From: Octopus sinensis
Taxonomy: Eukaryota
DNA: 64,000 nt
NCBI RefSeq assembly: GCF_006345805.1
Contig: NC_042997.1
Span: 72,044,001-72,108,000 of the forward strand
Direction of reading: 5' to 3'
In this document: one piece after another, positions 52,663 through 64,000 of the stretch
How positions within the stretch are numbered: position 1 is the first letter of the stretch
Layout: each line of letters begins with the position of its first letter
Program-made: the position numbers and the translations under genes
The notes under the pieces: model-generated
What the model was told of the DNA's origin: nothing
Databases searched by the model: none
The model's input: only the letters and a program-made list of their open reading frames with translations

Positions 52663-53917
52663 CAGGGGTTGAACAAAGTAATGGAAACAACTAGCATCAT
52701 AATTTCCAAATACATATAAAACCGTCAAATGCTTGTTTATTTTTATGTTTTTTGATTTATTAATAGTGTTGCTTAATATGTTTCGCTAAAATTGATATTT
52801 CTTTTCAGATATTATGAGAAAAAAGTAATTAAATTTCATTAAAATGACAGGTGCATCGGACTTTCAAAGAGGTCAAATTGTTGGGGTTTGTATGGCAGGC
52901 GCTAACGTAACGAAAACAGCCGAAATGTTTGGTGTATCAAGAAGTACTGTCTCTAAAGTAATGACAGCCTTTGAGAAAGAGGGGAAAACCTCCTTGCTGC
53001 GACAAAACTCCGGAAGAAAACCAAAACTTTCAGATAGGGACTGTCGGACCCTTACGCGAATTGTTAGAAAGGATCACAAAAGTACAGCTCCCAAAATTAC
53101 TGCAGAAATTAATGATCACCTCGAAAACCCAGTTTCCACAAAAACAGTTCGCCGGGAGCTGCGCAAAGTCAGATTTCACGGGCAGGCTGCAATCAGGAAA
53201 CCACTACTTTCAAAAACAAACGTCGCAAAGCGTTTAGAGTGGATTAAAAACCTACAGAATTGGTCCCTAGAGCAGTGGGAAAATGTTATTTTCTCGGACG
53301 AGTCATCCTTTACTTTATTTTTGACCACAGGCCGAGTATACGTGTGGAGACAGCCAAAAGAAGCATTTGACCCTACTGCCTTCTTCCAACTGTAAAACAT
53401 GGAGGAAGATCTGTGATGATCTGAGGGGAGGCTATATCTTGGAAATTCGCCGCCCCAATGGTTTCCTTTCAAAGCAGAATCAATAGTCAAGACTATTTAA
53501 GCATTTTATCTGATCAAATTCATTCTATGCTTGCGGAACTGTTTCCGAAGGGAAACGCAATCTTTCAGGATGATAATTCACACAGCTAAAGTTGTTACTG
53601 AATAGCACGAGGAACATTCCGGTGAAGTTGAACATCTTATCTGACCAAAACAGTCTCCAGATCTTAATATTATTGAACATTTATAGTACATTTTAGAAAA
53701 ACAAGTAAGGCCTCGATATCCTCCACCATCATCACTACAAGAACTGGAGACTGTTTTAGATGAAGAATGGACAAAATTCCTTTGGAAACCATTCAAACTT
53801 TGTACGAGTCCATACCTTGTAGAGTTCAAACTGTAATTACTGTTAAAGGCAGTCCTACACCATATTTAAATAAATTTGTTTGAAAATTTAAGGTGTTTCC
53901 ATCATTTTGTCCAACCC

Positions 53918-53920
<3 letters not shown>
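52663..53920 (+). mobile_element. Tc1 element, full length
   Basis: TA|CAGGGGTTGAACAAAGTAATGGAAACA ... TGTTTCCATCATTTTGTCCAACCCCTG|TA. Confidence 0.95.
52844..53860 (+). pseudogene. Tc1 DDE transposase, frameshifted
   Basis: HTH (FGVSRSTVSKV), SGRKPKLS, VIFSDES, TVKHGGRSVM, FQDDN, SPDLNIIEHL; stops and frameshifts after about 53390. Confidence 0.92.
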
Positions 53921-53960
<40 letters not shown>

Positions 53961-53966
53961 TATATA

Positions 53967-55450
53967 CAAACAGAGGCACCCGGCGTTGCCTGGCAATGAA
54001 ATTTTTCCTTACATATTGGGAAAAAAAAGCAAAATATCTTGTATAGAAATTTGTTATTCTAAATTCAATTTATTCTTCAATTGGGATACAATTTATTCCT
54101 TAATTGGGAAATCAATTCTGAATTCATAATGCAAAATAATGATAGTAATAAATGAAAATACAAGATTTACCACTTTTATGAAAGGAGATAAATTCTACCA
54201 CATATGTTGAAGGAAATTATGTAAGACCTTCTTCATACATTCTTTGTTTTCTGGTTTGGAGCATAGACAAATACGTCTTGCAAATTACCTACCCTACATA
54301 AAGCTGACCATGAGAAAAGCAAACCAGTAAATTTCAAAGACTGGCCTTAAGCTTTTTTAATAGACATTGCAAGGCAAAGTCGCATTGGGAATTGTGTTCG
54401 TTTGAACTCAAATAGTATGTTGGTTTGATTGGAATTCTTGGAATGAAGACCTCTTCCCCAGAGGAACATCCAGGGATGATGATAGCTTCTGTTAGATTAG
54501 GTGACAATGTCTTCACAATCAACCTCATCTCATTACCTAATTTAGGAGGATCTAAATTTCTTAGAAGCATTATTGGGACTCCTACCTTCAGAAAAAGTTT
54601 ATGTGGATAATTTCCTGGTGAATCAAGAGAATTAAGGAACTCTGTTAAGTAATGGATAGCTTGATTTTCATCAAGGACTGAATCAACTGATTTGTACTTC
54701 TTAATGAATGTTGGAATCTTATTCATTAATTGATGGTTAATCCTTGCTACTGTATCATTTTTTGCCCTTTCGCACAACCATTTATGTGAATTATAATTGT
54801 TACTTAAGTCTAGCAATACCCTGTTCTTCAATTCAGCTGGGGAATTCACCATGATAGTAATATGAGGCAAACTGATATCACCATTCCCATCAAATGGCAC
54901 TTTCCCATTTTGTAATTGGAGGAGCTAGGTTGAAAACTGTCCCCATGTAATGAAGCTGGCACGTTAGTATTGAAGGAGAATTTCATGACTTTATTCCATA
55001 AGTGTGAAGACTTAATGCATGGTTTTATTCCATCAATTCTCGTTCGTCCCAGAAGGACTGGTAATGCCTGTCTGAAGTTTCCCGATGAAACTAATGCAAT
55101 TCCTTCCATATTGATGCCACTAATGTCCTGTAAGGTCTTACCAAGAGCTTCCATTGCACCTCTATGTGACATGGTGCATTCATCCCAAACGATAAGGTGA
55201 CACAATACTTCTGCTGAGCCTGAATCTTTGCTTATGTTACAAATTGGACCTTCACTTGTGACCAGGTTTCGAGGTAATTTAAAAGCAGAATTAGCTGTTC
55301 GTCCTCCTGGAAGAATGGTGGCAGCAAAGCTAGACAATGGTACAGCAACTGCAATTCTTTTTTGTTACCTTACCTTAGAGAGAAACAATGTTACAAATGT
55401 TTTATCTGTGCCACCAGGAGCATCAAGAAAGAAAATTCCTCTGATTTTTC
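53967..55450 (-). mobile_element. Helitron 3' part with Pif1-like helicase pseudogene
   Basis: FFLDAPGGT, AATILPGGRTANSAFKLP, LIVWDECTM, SGNFRQALPV, LKVGVPIMLLRNLDPPKLGN, EEVFIPRIPI; 3' hairpin CCAGGCAACGCCGGG with a decayed CTAG. Confidence 0.9.
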
Positions 55451-55640
55451 TGATGATTGTGGAACGCCGCACGCACGCACGCACAGATACATATACATAC
55501 AGTATTAAACATCAGGTGGAATGGACGCGTGCGTGTGCATGTATGTGTGAGAGAGAGAGACAGTGAAAGCAAGTAAAGGGGTATGTTGTCATGTATACGT
55601 ACATACATAAATAAATAGGCATACATCATTCTTGTATGTA

Positions 55641-55676
<36 letters not shown>

Positions 55677-56045
55677 CCACTTAGACATCTCTCTCTCGCT
55701 CTCTCTCTCTCTCACACACACACATACATTCCAAAAAGATGTATGCATATGTATTTATGTTTGTACGTATACATGATAACAAACCCCTTCACTCACTCAC
55801 ACACACACATACATAAATGTATATAAACGTACATACAAAAACACACGTGTGCGTATGTGACTGACTACAAATACATAGAGCTGAACACGGCATGAAAAAG
55901 AAAATAAATAAAAAATGTTTACGGAAATTAACGAAGCGTTTGAGTTCAAGCAAAATAATGCCCATATACTTTGGACGTCCCATTTTGAATTGCAAAATTT
56001 TAACGTGATTTTGTGTAATAAAGAAATCAAACCTGGTGTGTGTGT

Positions 56046-56096
<51 letters not shown>

Positions 56097-56111
56097 GTGT
56101 GTGTGTGTGTG

Positions 56112-56144
<33 letters not shown>

Positions 56145-56556
56145 GGGGAGAGAGAGAAAATTGCAAACAATGAATGAGTTAGACATGGAATGAAAAAATC
56201 GTATAAATAAAAGCACGTTAAAAGCGTACCGAATATTTAAATTTATGAACTTAATAAATATTCCTTTCACTAATTTATTGTAGTTGTTTACAAATAGCGA
56301 ATTAAAACATTAAAATTAGACAGGAACAGACTTCGCCCTTTTTACGTCAATAGCGGAAGTTGACATTGAGAAACCTTTTTAAAGAGGTGAATCTAATAAT
56401 ATATAAAATCAAGTAATATCCTTTATTTTTAATTAAAAAATCAAATGAAGATCCTATAATTTGTCCGAGGTGGAATTATTCATGTATCACAAGTATGGGT
56501 GCAATTGGTGAAGCTGTTTTCGCGTAAAAAGTGAATAGACACACATCTCAATTTTT

Positions 56557-56677
<121 letters not shown>

Positions 56678-57146
56678 CAAAAGGAAAACAGGACGCAAAG
56701 GATTTTGCGGTACATATGTTTTCGGCTTTATTGAACAACTTATTCTTATATCAATGCAAAATTGATACAACAGATAGATCAAAAGCCTTCTTCAGTCGCG
56801 TACAATTACCACACGAAAGACATGTATCACATTATAACAGGTTTGAGAAAGAGTTTGAGAAAAAACCAAGTTTCATTGGGAAAGTAAATCCTCATAGGCG
56901 TACATGATATTGCAAGACTCCAAAACAAATCGTCCATACCGTTTCTTCACTCGATAAAGAATGAATGCGGGGTAGATTACTTCATATAAGGGAAGGGATT
57001 GGATATTGAGAGAAAGAGGGAATGAGGGGAAGGGGGTGAAACTTTAATGAAGTTGGGATCACATGAACTATATATATATATGAATTTTCTGCTGCTTTAA
57101 ATAAAGTATATATATAATAGATATATATATATAATATTTATATATT

Positions 57147-57200
<54 letters not shown>

Positions 57201-57206
<6 letters not shown>

Positions 57207-58093
57207 TTAGAGACAAAACCACTATTTTGCAAAACAAACAAGGAAAGACTTAATCAATACATAAAATTTTAATAAAAAGTCAAAAACCCGCCACTACAAT
57301 TGTTATAGAGTTTAGTAAAGGGAGATTTTATCATTATATGTTTTTATGAGTTTTGGTTTATCATGGTAGTTTTGTTAAGGAATTCGTAGTAATTTGTGTC
57401 TATTTGCGATGTGTCTGTTGTTGTATTGCATTATTCATTCATAATTTTTAAGTAGTGTTCGTTTTACCAAGTGAATATAATTTTTAATTCCATTTATTCC
57501 ATTTCTCCGTTCATAATTTTAAGTGATGTCCGTTTCTAGAGCGGGAATGTGGGTTGTATGGTGTGTGTGAGGGAGTATGAAAAGTATTGTGTTGAAGTAT
57601 TTAGCTATTTTATTTATTTATCGTTGCCTAGACGTTTTTATTGTATGTATAGGGATATATATATATATAGGTGTGTGATTTAGTGTATGTATTTAGATAT
57701 GGTTATATATTAGTTATATGTGTATGGGTGTATATATAGTTTATTTTTTATATTTTTTATATTTTATATTTTATATTTTATATTTTATATTTAATTGTTG
57801 ATAGGTTTATTTTAGTTTATATATTGTTTATATATTGATTATATATGGATTATATATAGGTTATAAATAGATTTATATTTTATATTTTTCATTAATACTT
57901 TAATTATTTTAAATTATTATTTTTATATTTTTAAAATATTGATATTTTAGATTGGAAGTCCACCTGAAGATTGTCGATCAAGACAAGAAACAATTGTAGT
58001 GGCGGTTTTTTTTACTTTTTATAAAATTTTATGTATTGATTAAGTCTTTCCTGTGTGTTGTTTTGCAAAATAGTGTTTTGTCTCTAATAATAT
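57201..58093. mobile_element. PLE-like remnant: ~105-bp inverted termini around a 650-bp strand-biased spacer
   Basis: 57201-57304 is the reverse complement of 57989-58093; intact hammerhead at the right terminus; flanked by (TA)n. Confidence 0.7.
57960..58002 (+). ncRNA. Canonical minimal type I hammerhead ribozyme
   Basis: CCAC CTGAAGA TTGTC GATCAA GACAA GAAAC AATT GTA GTGG: full core, 4-bp stem I, 5-bp stem II, palindromic ACAATTGT stem III, GUA triplet. Confidence 0.85.
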
Positions 58094-58181
58094 TATATAA
58101 TATTTTACTATAAAATTGGATTTAATCCTAAATCTGATTTTTTCCCTGTAAATTTGGATTTATTCCCTAATATTTATTATA

Positions 58182-58223
<42 letters not shown>

Positions 58224-58247
58224 TTATAATATATATATATATTATAT

Positions 58248-58283
<36 letters not shown>

Positions 58284-58487
58284 CATGCATATATGCATAT
58301 ATATATATAACACATATGCATATATGCTATATATATATAATATATATATATATATTATATATATTATAATATATATATATACATATATATTGATAAAACG
58401 GTAAGATAACAAAAGAAAGAGAGAACCTCAATATTATGTAAATAGAGGAAATTTATCTATACAATATGTTACATTACTCGGTAGTCA

Positions 58488-58548
58488 AGATAAACTCTGA
58501 GTTTCAGATACCGAAGTGGAAATCCACAACACATCTCTTCGGTTATCT
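58488..58548 (-). ncRNA. Hammerhead-like motif, CCGAAGA core (left arm)
   Basis: AGATAA CCGAAGA GATG..TATC T GAAAC TCAGA GTT TATCT. Confidence 0.4.
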
Positions 58549-58606
58549 GGCTATTTGAAAAACGTTATGAAAAAATATTTTTTTTCATAACGTTTTTCAA
58601 ATAGCC

Positions 58607-58669
58607 AGATAACCGAAGAGATGGTGTTGTGGATTTCCACTTCGGCATCTGAAACTCAGAGTTTTATCT
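58607..58669 (+). ncRNA. Hammerhead-like motif, CCGAAGA core (right arm)
   Basis: Stem I AGATAA/TTATCT, CCGAAGA, stem II GATG/CATC, extra T, GAAAC, ACTC-A-GAGT stem III, GUU triplet. Confidence 0.45.
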
Positions 58670-58700
58670 TGACTACCGAGTAATGTAACATATTGTATAG

Positions 58701-58816
<116 letters not shown>

Positions 58817-59219
58817 GCATGTATGTATATGCACGTGGAGATTTAGAGAGGGAAAGAAGCAAATAGGCATTTTTTTTTCATGGGAGCGAAAAGTAGGAAC
58901 TTGAAATAAAAATAAAGTGCAAGATTATTTATTAAAACCTGATTTCAGACAACGTTACTTCATCCGAAGATCAACAACGTTTAACTCCGAACAAGGTGAC
59001 GTAAAACACTCTCTACCTCCGCCTGCCACAGAGTCGTTGTTCTGCTGGGTCAAAGGAGGGAGAATCGAGAGGGTCTGTATGACTGCTCACGACTGCATAG
59101 ACACTTAAAACAATTAACAAAAGCGTGGTACAAACAAGTAAGTTATAGTCGATTGCGACTAACGACTAAGCATGTAAAACACACACACATATATACATAT
59201 ACATGCATATGTATGTATA

Positions 59220-59272
<53 letters not shown>

Positions 59273-59617
59273 ATATATATGTATGTATGTATATATATAA
59301 ACATACATATATATATACACACACTCACATATATCTATAAACTCCATAAACAGATCTGATAAGAATATGTATACACATATATTAGATATGTATATTTATA
59401 CATCCATGTGTGTGTGTGTTTGTGTATGTGTATGTGCGTCTGTGTGTGTGTATGAGAGAGAGAAAGAGAAATAGTGTTTGTGTGTTAACATATAAGGCTC
59501 GCACCGTTATTAAGAGAGTATTTAAGGAGGATTTATATTTCGAAAAGTTTGACAGACTCGTAACCCACATACACATACAGAGAGAGACACACAGAAGGAT
59601 ATACATACATACATACA

Positions 59618-59651
<34 letters not shown>

Positions 59652-59657
59652 CATAAT

Positions 59658-59695
<38 letters not shown>

Positions 59696-59697
59696 CC

Positions 59698-59774
<77 letters not shown>

Positions 59775-60299
59775 GCATACATATGTAGAATAATGAGAAT
59801 GGGGAGACAGGTTTAAGAAATAATAGTCATTTTACGATGTTTGGTGAAACAAGTATTTATAGTCTGTGTATTTATGTCAACATTTCACAGGAATGTTATT
59901 CGTATTGTGTGTTTGTTTATGAACGTGTGACTTATACGTGCCTTTGTATATCTATGTGTCTGTTATATATGTCTGCTCTTTGCTTCTGTCTGCCTGTCTT
60001 TGTATATTTGTATGTACGTGTATTTGTGTGTTTGCGCATGTGTATCTGAGTGTTGGCGCATGTGTGTCTGTGTCTGTGTGTATAAGTCTGTGTTTGAGTG
60101 TTTTCGGAAACAGACAATTAATAATAGAAACAAGATGGCCTCTAAAATCGGCACAAGAATAGAGTTTATATGTCGATAGTATAGCCGATAGTACCGAAAC
60201 CATTTGAATTGTACTTAATTTTCTTGACCCAGATTAAATGTCACATTTCTCACGGGATTTGAAACTGTAACTTAAAGGGTCCTTACCAAAACCTGTTAA

Positions 60300-61300
60300 G
60301 CATTTGTCCTTCGCTCTGAAAATTCCGTCATAATACCTCTCTTATAACAAGGCTCTTTGTTTCCCTCTCTTACAGTCTCAATGTTATTGCCACTTAAGCA
60401 AGGCACACAATTAGTCTACAAGACATTAATCGCTTGTTAGGCTCTTCCGTCTAGTAACCTAGTCTCTTTTTACCGGTAATCCTAGAGAATCATAACACTT
60501 TATTTACTACTGTATCCTCTGGTACATGCTTATATGATATTTCTGTAGCAGTGATCTTGATTTCTTTGCATGTCTTCTAATGTTCTTAGGTAGAAAAGCT
60601 ATCAAAGTTTCTGGTATGTTCTTATGCAATGTGGATCATCCATTTAGTATGTGGTTGATGGACATATCAAACCTATCACTCGAGCAGCATTCCAGCTTGA
60701 AAGTCTGCTTCAAAATATACTTTGGGAAATATTTCATTCAGCGACACTGATCCTGAATGGCAATCCCCAGGATTTTATATTCTCATTGAATGCAGTTCAA
60801 AGAACCAGTTGGAACTCTGTTGTTTGTCACAATCCAATCAATATAGTTGTTTTGGGAATAGTTATTATAGAGAGTTATCATGTTGTAATCATTTCTGCTT
60901 CAATCTTTTCTTTAATTACATAACGAAGCGTACCTCAAGTGAAGCGTTGTTTGTGACTTTTGAGAAATCCATGGGTGGAATATCTATTTCTGCTAAATAG
61001 TTTTATGCTTCTTTAAGTACAACTTTTTTTTACAAAGTTAAGCAGCTTTTTGAAAGTAAATATGCATGAATATCAAGATCCTTCGTTACCACTCTGACCA
61101 TTCTAGTATTTTTTATGGTCCACATCCTTGCACTTTTTAGGTTTTGGTATTTTTCAAAGTTTATTTTTTCTCGTACATTCTGTTGTCCCGCGGAGATGCC
61201 TTAAAAATTATTCGGCTATATCTTTCATTTCGTTCACGATAACAATTTGTGGTACTTTTGCTTCAATGTTTTGTCTTACCTGACCCATTTTCAATACTGA
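60300..61300 (-). pseudogene. Possible highly decayed RTE-type reverse transcriptase
   Basis: Only faint ordered remnants (IFPKVYF..LE; INHILNG*STLH; TLEDMQ); many stops. Confidence 0.3.
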
Positions 61301-61859
61301 AATGCTACAACTTAAATTCCTTTTCTTATACTCCGTTAGGTTGATATTCGTAACATCTCTCCAAATTATACTTTTTTCTCAGTTCCGTGCAATGTTCTCT
61401 AGTGAGTGCGCATGCTAGTTCTGTTTTTATAGAACGGCCGTATTCTACAGATGAGAAGGTCCATCTGCACGGCCTGTTCAGAATGCCGTGGTGGATAATA
61501 TGCATTCATGTTCGCCTTTGCCAGTGACATTTTTGCCACGGAGTTAATATCAAATTCAAGCCTGGATTAAGGTGGGTGTCATGCATCTGGAATACTGTTA
61601 GGATCTCAGACCCCAATCAGTCAGACAATATAGAACTTTCATTCTACTGAAGGCTGTCATTGCGCATGCGTACGTATTTCATTTAGTACTCGGTTGTTGT
61701 TGTCTTTGGAGTTGAGTTTGAATCACGCCATCGCTCACTATGGCAATGAAGGACAGGACATTTTTCTCTGTCTAATTGCTATAGCGAAAGAGTTTTCATG
61801 ATCCCTCCAACCCATCCTTCATCAACTTCTTGAAATGCAACTTGCAGTAGAATGCCAAA

Positions 61860-61888
61860 ATGGCGGAAAACACGCTAATTCGAAACAT
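61860..61888 (+). CDS. Candidate first coding exon (MAENTLIRN.., phase-2 donor)
   Basis: CAAAATGGCG start context, in-frame to AT|GTAAGT at 61889; upstream TGCGCATGCG at 61661-70. No downstream exon identified. Confidence 0.3.
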
Positions 61889-62683
61889 GTAAGTCTTCCA
61901 ATTTTTTAATATATCAACCAGCATAACTCTAAAGTTGTGAAAATTTGAAAACTGCAGGAATATACTTTGAAACAGCAGAATTCTTGCAACATTTACAAGA
62001 CAACAAAATATAAAGTAAATGTTTAAATCAAAAGCTGGAGATGTTGTTTCAGAGAATTTTACCTCCCTGTCAGATGACTGTTGTTTATATAAAATATATT
62101 AGACCTTGTTCCTACTCTATTTTCTACATGTAAAAAATTTCCTTTCAAGTATTCCAAAGTGAGTAGAACCAAACCATAAAGTTTCGTGCTGCGCATTTGT
62201 AAGGTCAAAATATACTTCAAAATGACCTTCAAATTAAATACTAGGATTGTTTGGCTTTATTCTAAAAGGTAAACATTATGACAAATACTTATGCGTCATT
62301 AATGGTACAATATGATGGAACTTGCATATGAATCTTAGCGGGATGTCATGGGATTGTTTGCCAAAGAAATATATATATAATCTGTTGAAATGTTTGTAAC
62401 AGAAGAGAATGAGACCACAAATAAGTTTTATCCGTTAAAACAATTACACACACACACACACACATGCACACACCCATACAAAAATTTGTCTGACAAACAC
62501 AAAATATATTTGAAGAGAGACAAAGCGAGACACAGAGTCTATGTGAACGAAGAAGTTTGGTATAAGAAATATAAGCGTAGAAAGGACATGCGAATATGAA
62601 GCAAAAGTTACAAAGGTTCTAAGTTCGATCCCATAGTGCAGCACACACATATACATATGTATGTATATGTGCCTGTGGGTTAT

Positions 62684-62715
<32 letters not shown>

Positions 62716-62716
62716 A

Positions 62717-62773
<57 letters not shown>

Positions 62774-62780
62774 CACATAC

Positions 62781-63359
62781 ATTATCGGGTTAGAAAACGG
62801 TGAGAGATCTAATGGATACAAATTAATTTATTAATTAACATATTCACTCTACAATTGTTTCATTTCACAATCAAAATTACAGCTACAAAACATATATAAA
62901 TATATATAATTTGTCATTTTAAAATACGTTGGATGGAAAATCACCAGATCCTTTGTTCGCATTAATTCTTTTCCATCAAAGGTATTTTAAAATGCAAAAT
63001 TATATATTCATATATGTTTTGTAGTTTTAATTTTGGTTGTGAAATGAAACAATTGTAGGTGAATATGTTAAATAATTATTAGATTAATTTATATAAGGTG
63101 GCGAGGTGGCAGAAACTTTAGCATGCCGGGCGAAATGCTAGGCGATATTTCGTCTGTCTTTACGTTTTGAGTTTTATATTCCGTCGAGGTCAACTTTGCC
63201 TTTTATCCTCTCGGGGTCGATGAATTAAGTACCAGTTGCGTACTTGGGTCAATCTAATTGACTGCCACCCCCATTCCAGAAATTTCGGGCCTTATGCCTA
63301 GAGTAGAAACGAATGAATTAATTTGTATCCATTAGATCTCTGTTTTCTAACTCGATAAT
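62781..63359. mobile_element. Old fold-back element (family F4) with a SINE inserted in the right arm
   Basis: Diverged inverted arms meet at a ~28-nt spacer (62941-68); both carry GAAACAATTGTAG. The left tail 62781-62820 is mirrored at 63316-63359, beyond the SINE. Confidence 0.75.
63097..63312 (+). mobile_element. SINE family A, full length
   Basis: GGTGGCGAGGTGGCAGAAAC..GCATGCCGGGCGAAATGC..GAGGTCAACTTTGCC..GGGGTCGATGAATTAAGTACCAG. Confidence 0.8.
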
Positions 63360-63724
63360 AATATTTCATATTTTACGATATTTTATATAATATATTCATT
63401 GAAGAAATATATCTTCAGAATATAATATATCAAACCAGTGTATCTTGGATAAAAAATATCCCTATAAGCTTTCTTCCAAGGAATCTAGTGCTCTTATCTG
63501 AGTTTTTCCTTGGGGCTGGCCAGAAATTTGCCGAAATTGCAAAGATAATTTGGAACTCGACTGAGGAAAGAAAACTTCGAATGACACGTCCGTGTTTTTT
63601 CTTCTCCCTTTTTTGTGTCATCTAGCTGTCTGGATGTTTTGCGTTCTTGTCCCATTTTTTGTATTCCTTTACATATATATATATTATATATATATATATA
63701 TGAATGAATGAATATATATCTAAT

Positions 63725-63945
63725 CTGGCAACTGGCACTCCGTCGTTTACGACGACGAGGGTTCCAGTCTACTCGTGACATTCACAGACACGTGTACCCT
63801 TAACTTAGTTCTCAGGGAGCTTCAGCGAAACAGAGTGTGACAAGGCTGTGCCATCTTAGTCGACTGGAGCAACGTGAAATAAATTATCTTGCAGAAGGGC
63901 ACAACGAATATCCTAACCACGAAGTCACGCGCCTGAAGAACGAAC
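63725..63945 (+). mobile_element. Probable SINE body fragment (unassigned family)
   Basis: GC-richer repeat-like segment after (TA)n; recognised from memory of cephalopod repeats, with no second copy in the window. Confidence 0.35.
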
Positions 63946-64000
63946 GCTGGTAAAACAACAAAGATTTCTTCCTCAATTATGAAACACAATTCATATTAAG

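Noticed and set aside
61882-61892. GAAACATGTA, resembling a hammerhead right half
   Set aside because: No upstream core or stem II; overlaps the candidate splice donor.

Overview
AT-rich, microsatellite-saturated eukaryotic DNA. The SINE and microsatellite landscape suggests a cephalopod (Octopus-like) genome; this is an inference. No complete host gene is visible, and most listed ORFs are microsatellite or antisense artefacts. Transposable elements I can support: a young 5'-truncated Penelope-like element (RT + GIY-YIG, 15.6-18.8 kb); Tc1/mariner elements (two mariners plus a mariner fragment, a DD41D/rosa-type element, a Tc1); R4/Dong-like RLE LINE 3' fragments; RTE LINE remnants; several Helitrons; hAT-type MITEs; and at least three tRNA-type SINE families. 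The most striking signal, read by eye, is a set of short hammerhead-ribozyme-bearing modules. Most sit in (TA)n tracts, and many are fold-back palindromes with a minimal type I hammerhead on each arm. They fall into about six families with different catalytic-core spellings: canonical CUGAAGA, GUGAACA (G3-C8), UUGAUAA (U3-A8), CUGU(C/A)GA and CCGAAGA. One family is a tRNA-headed SINE with a hammerhead tail. Two copies of one fold-back family share the same apex, yet each has internally homogeneous arms, suggesting snap-back formation from a single template. All ribozyme calls are manual folds, untested computationally or biochemically.
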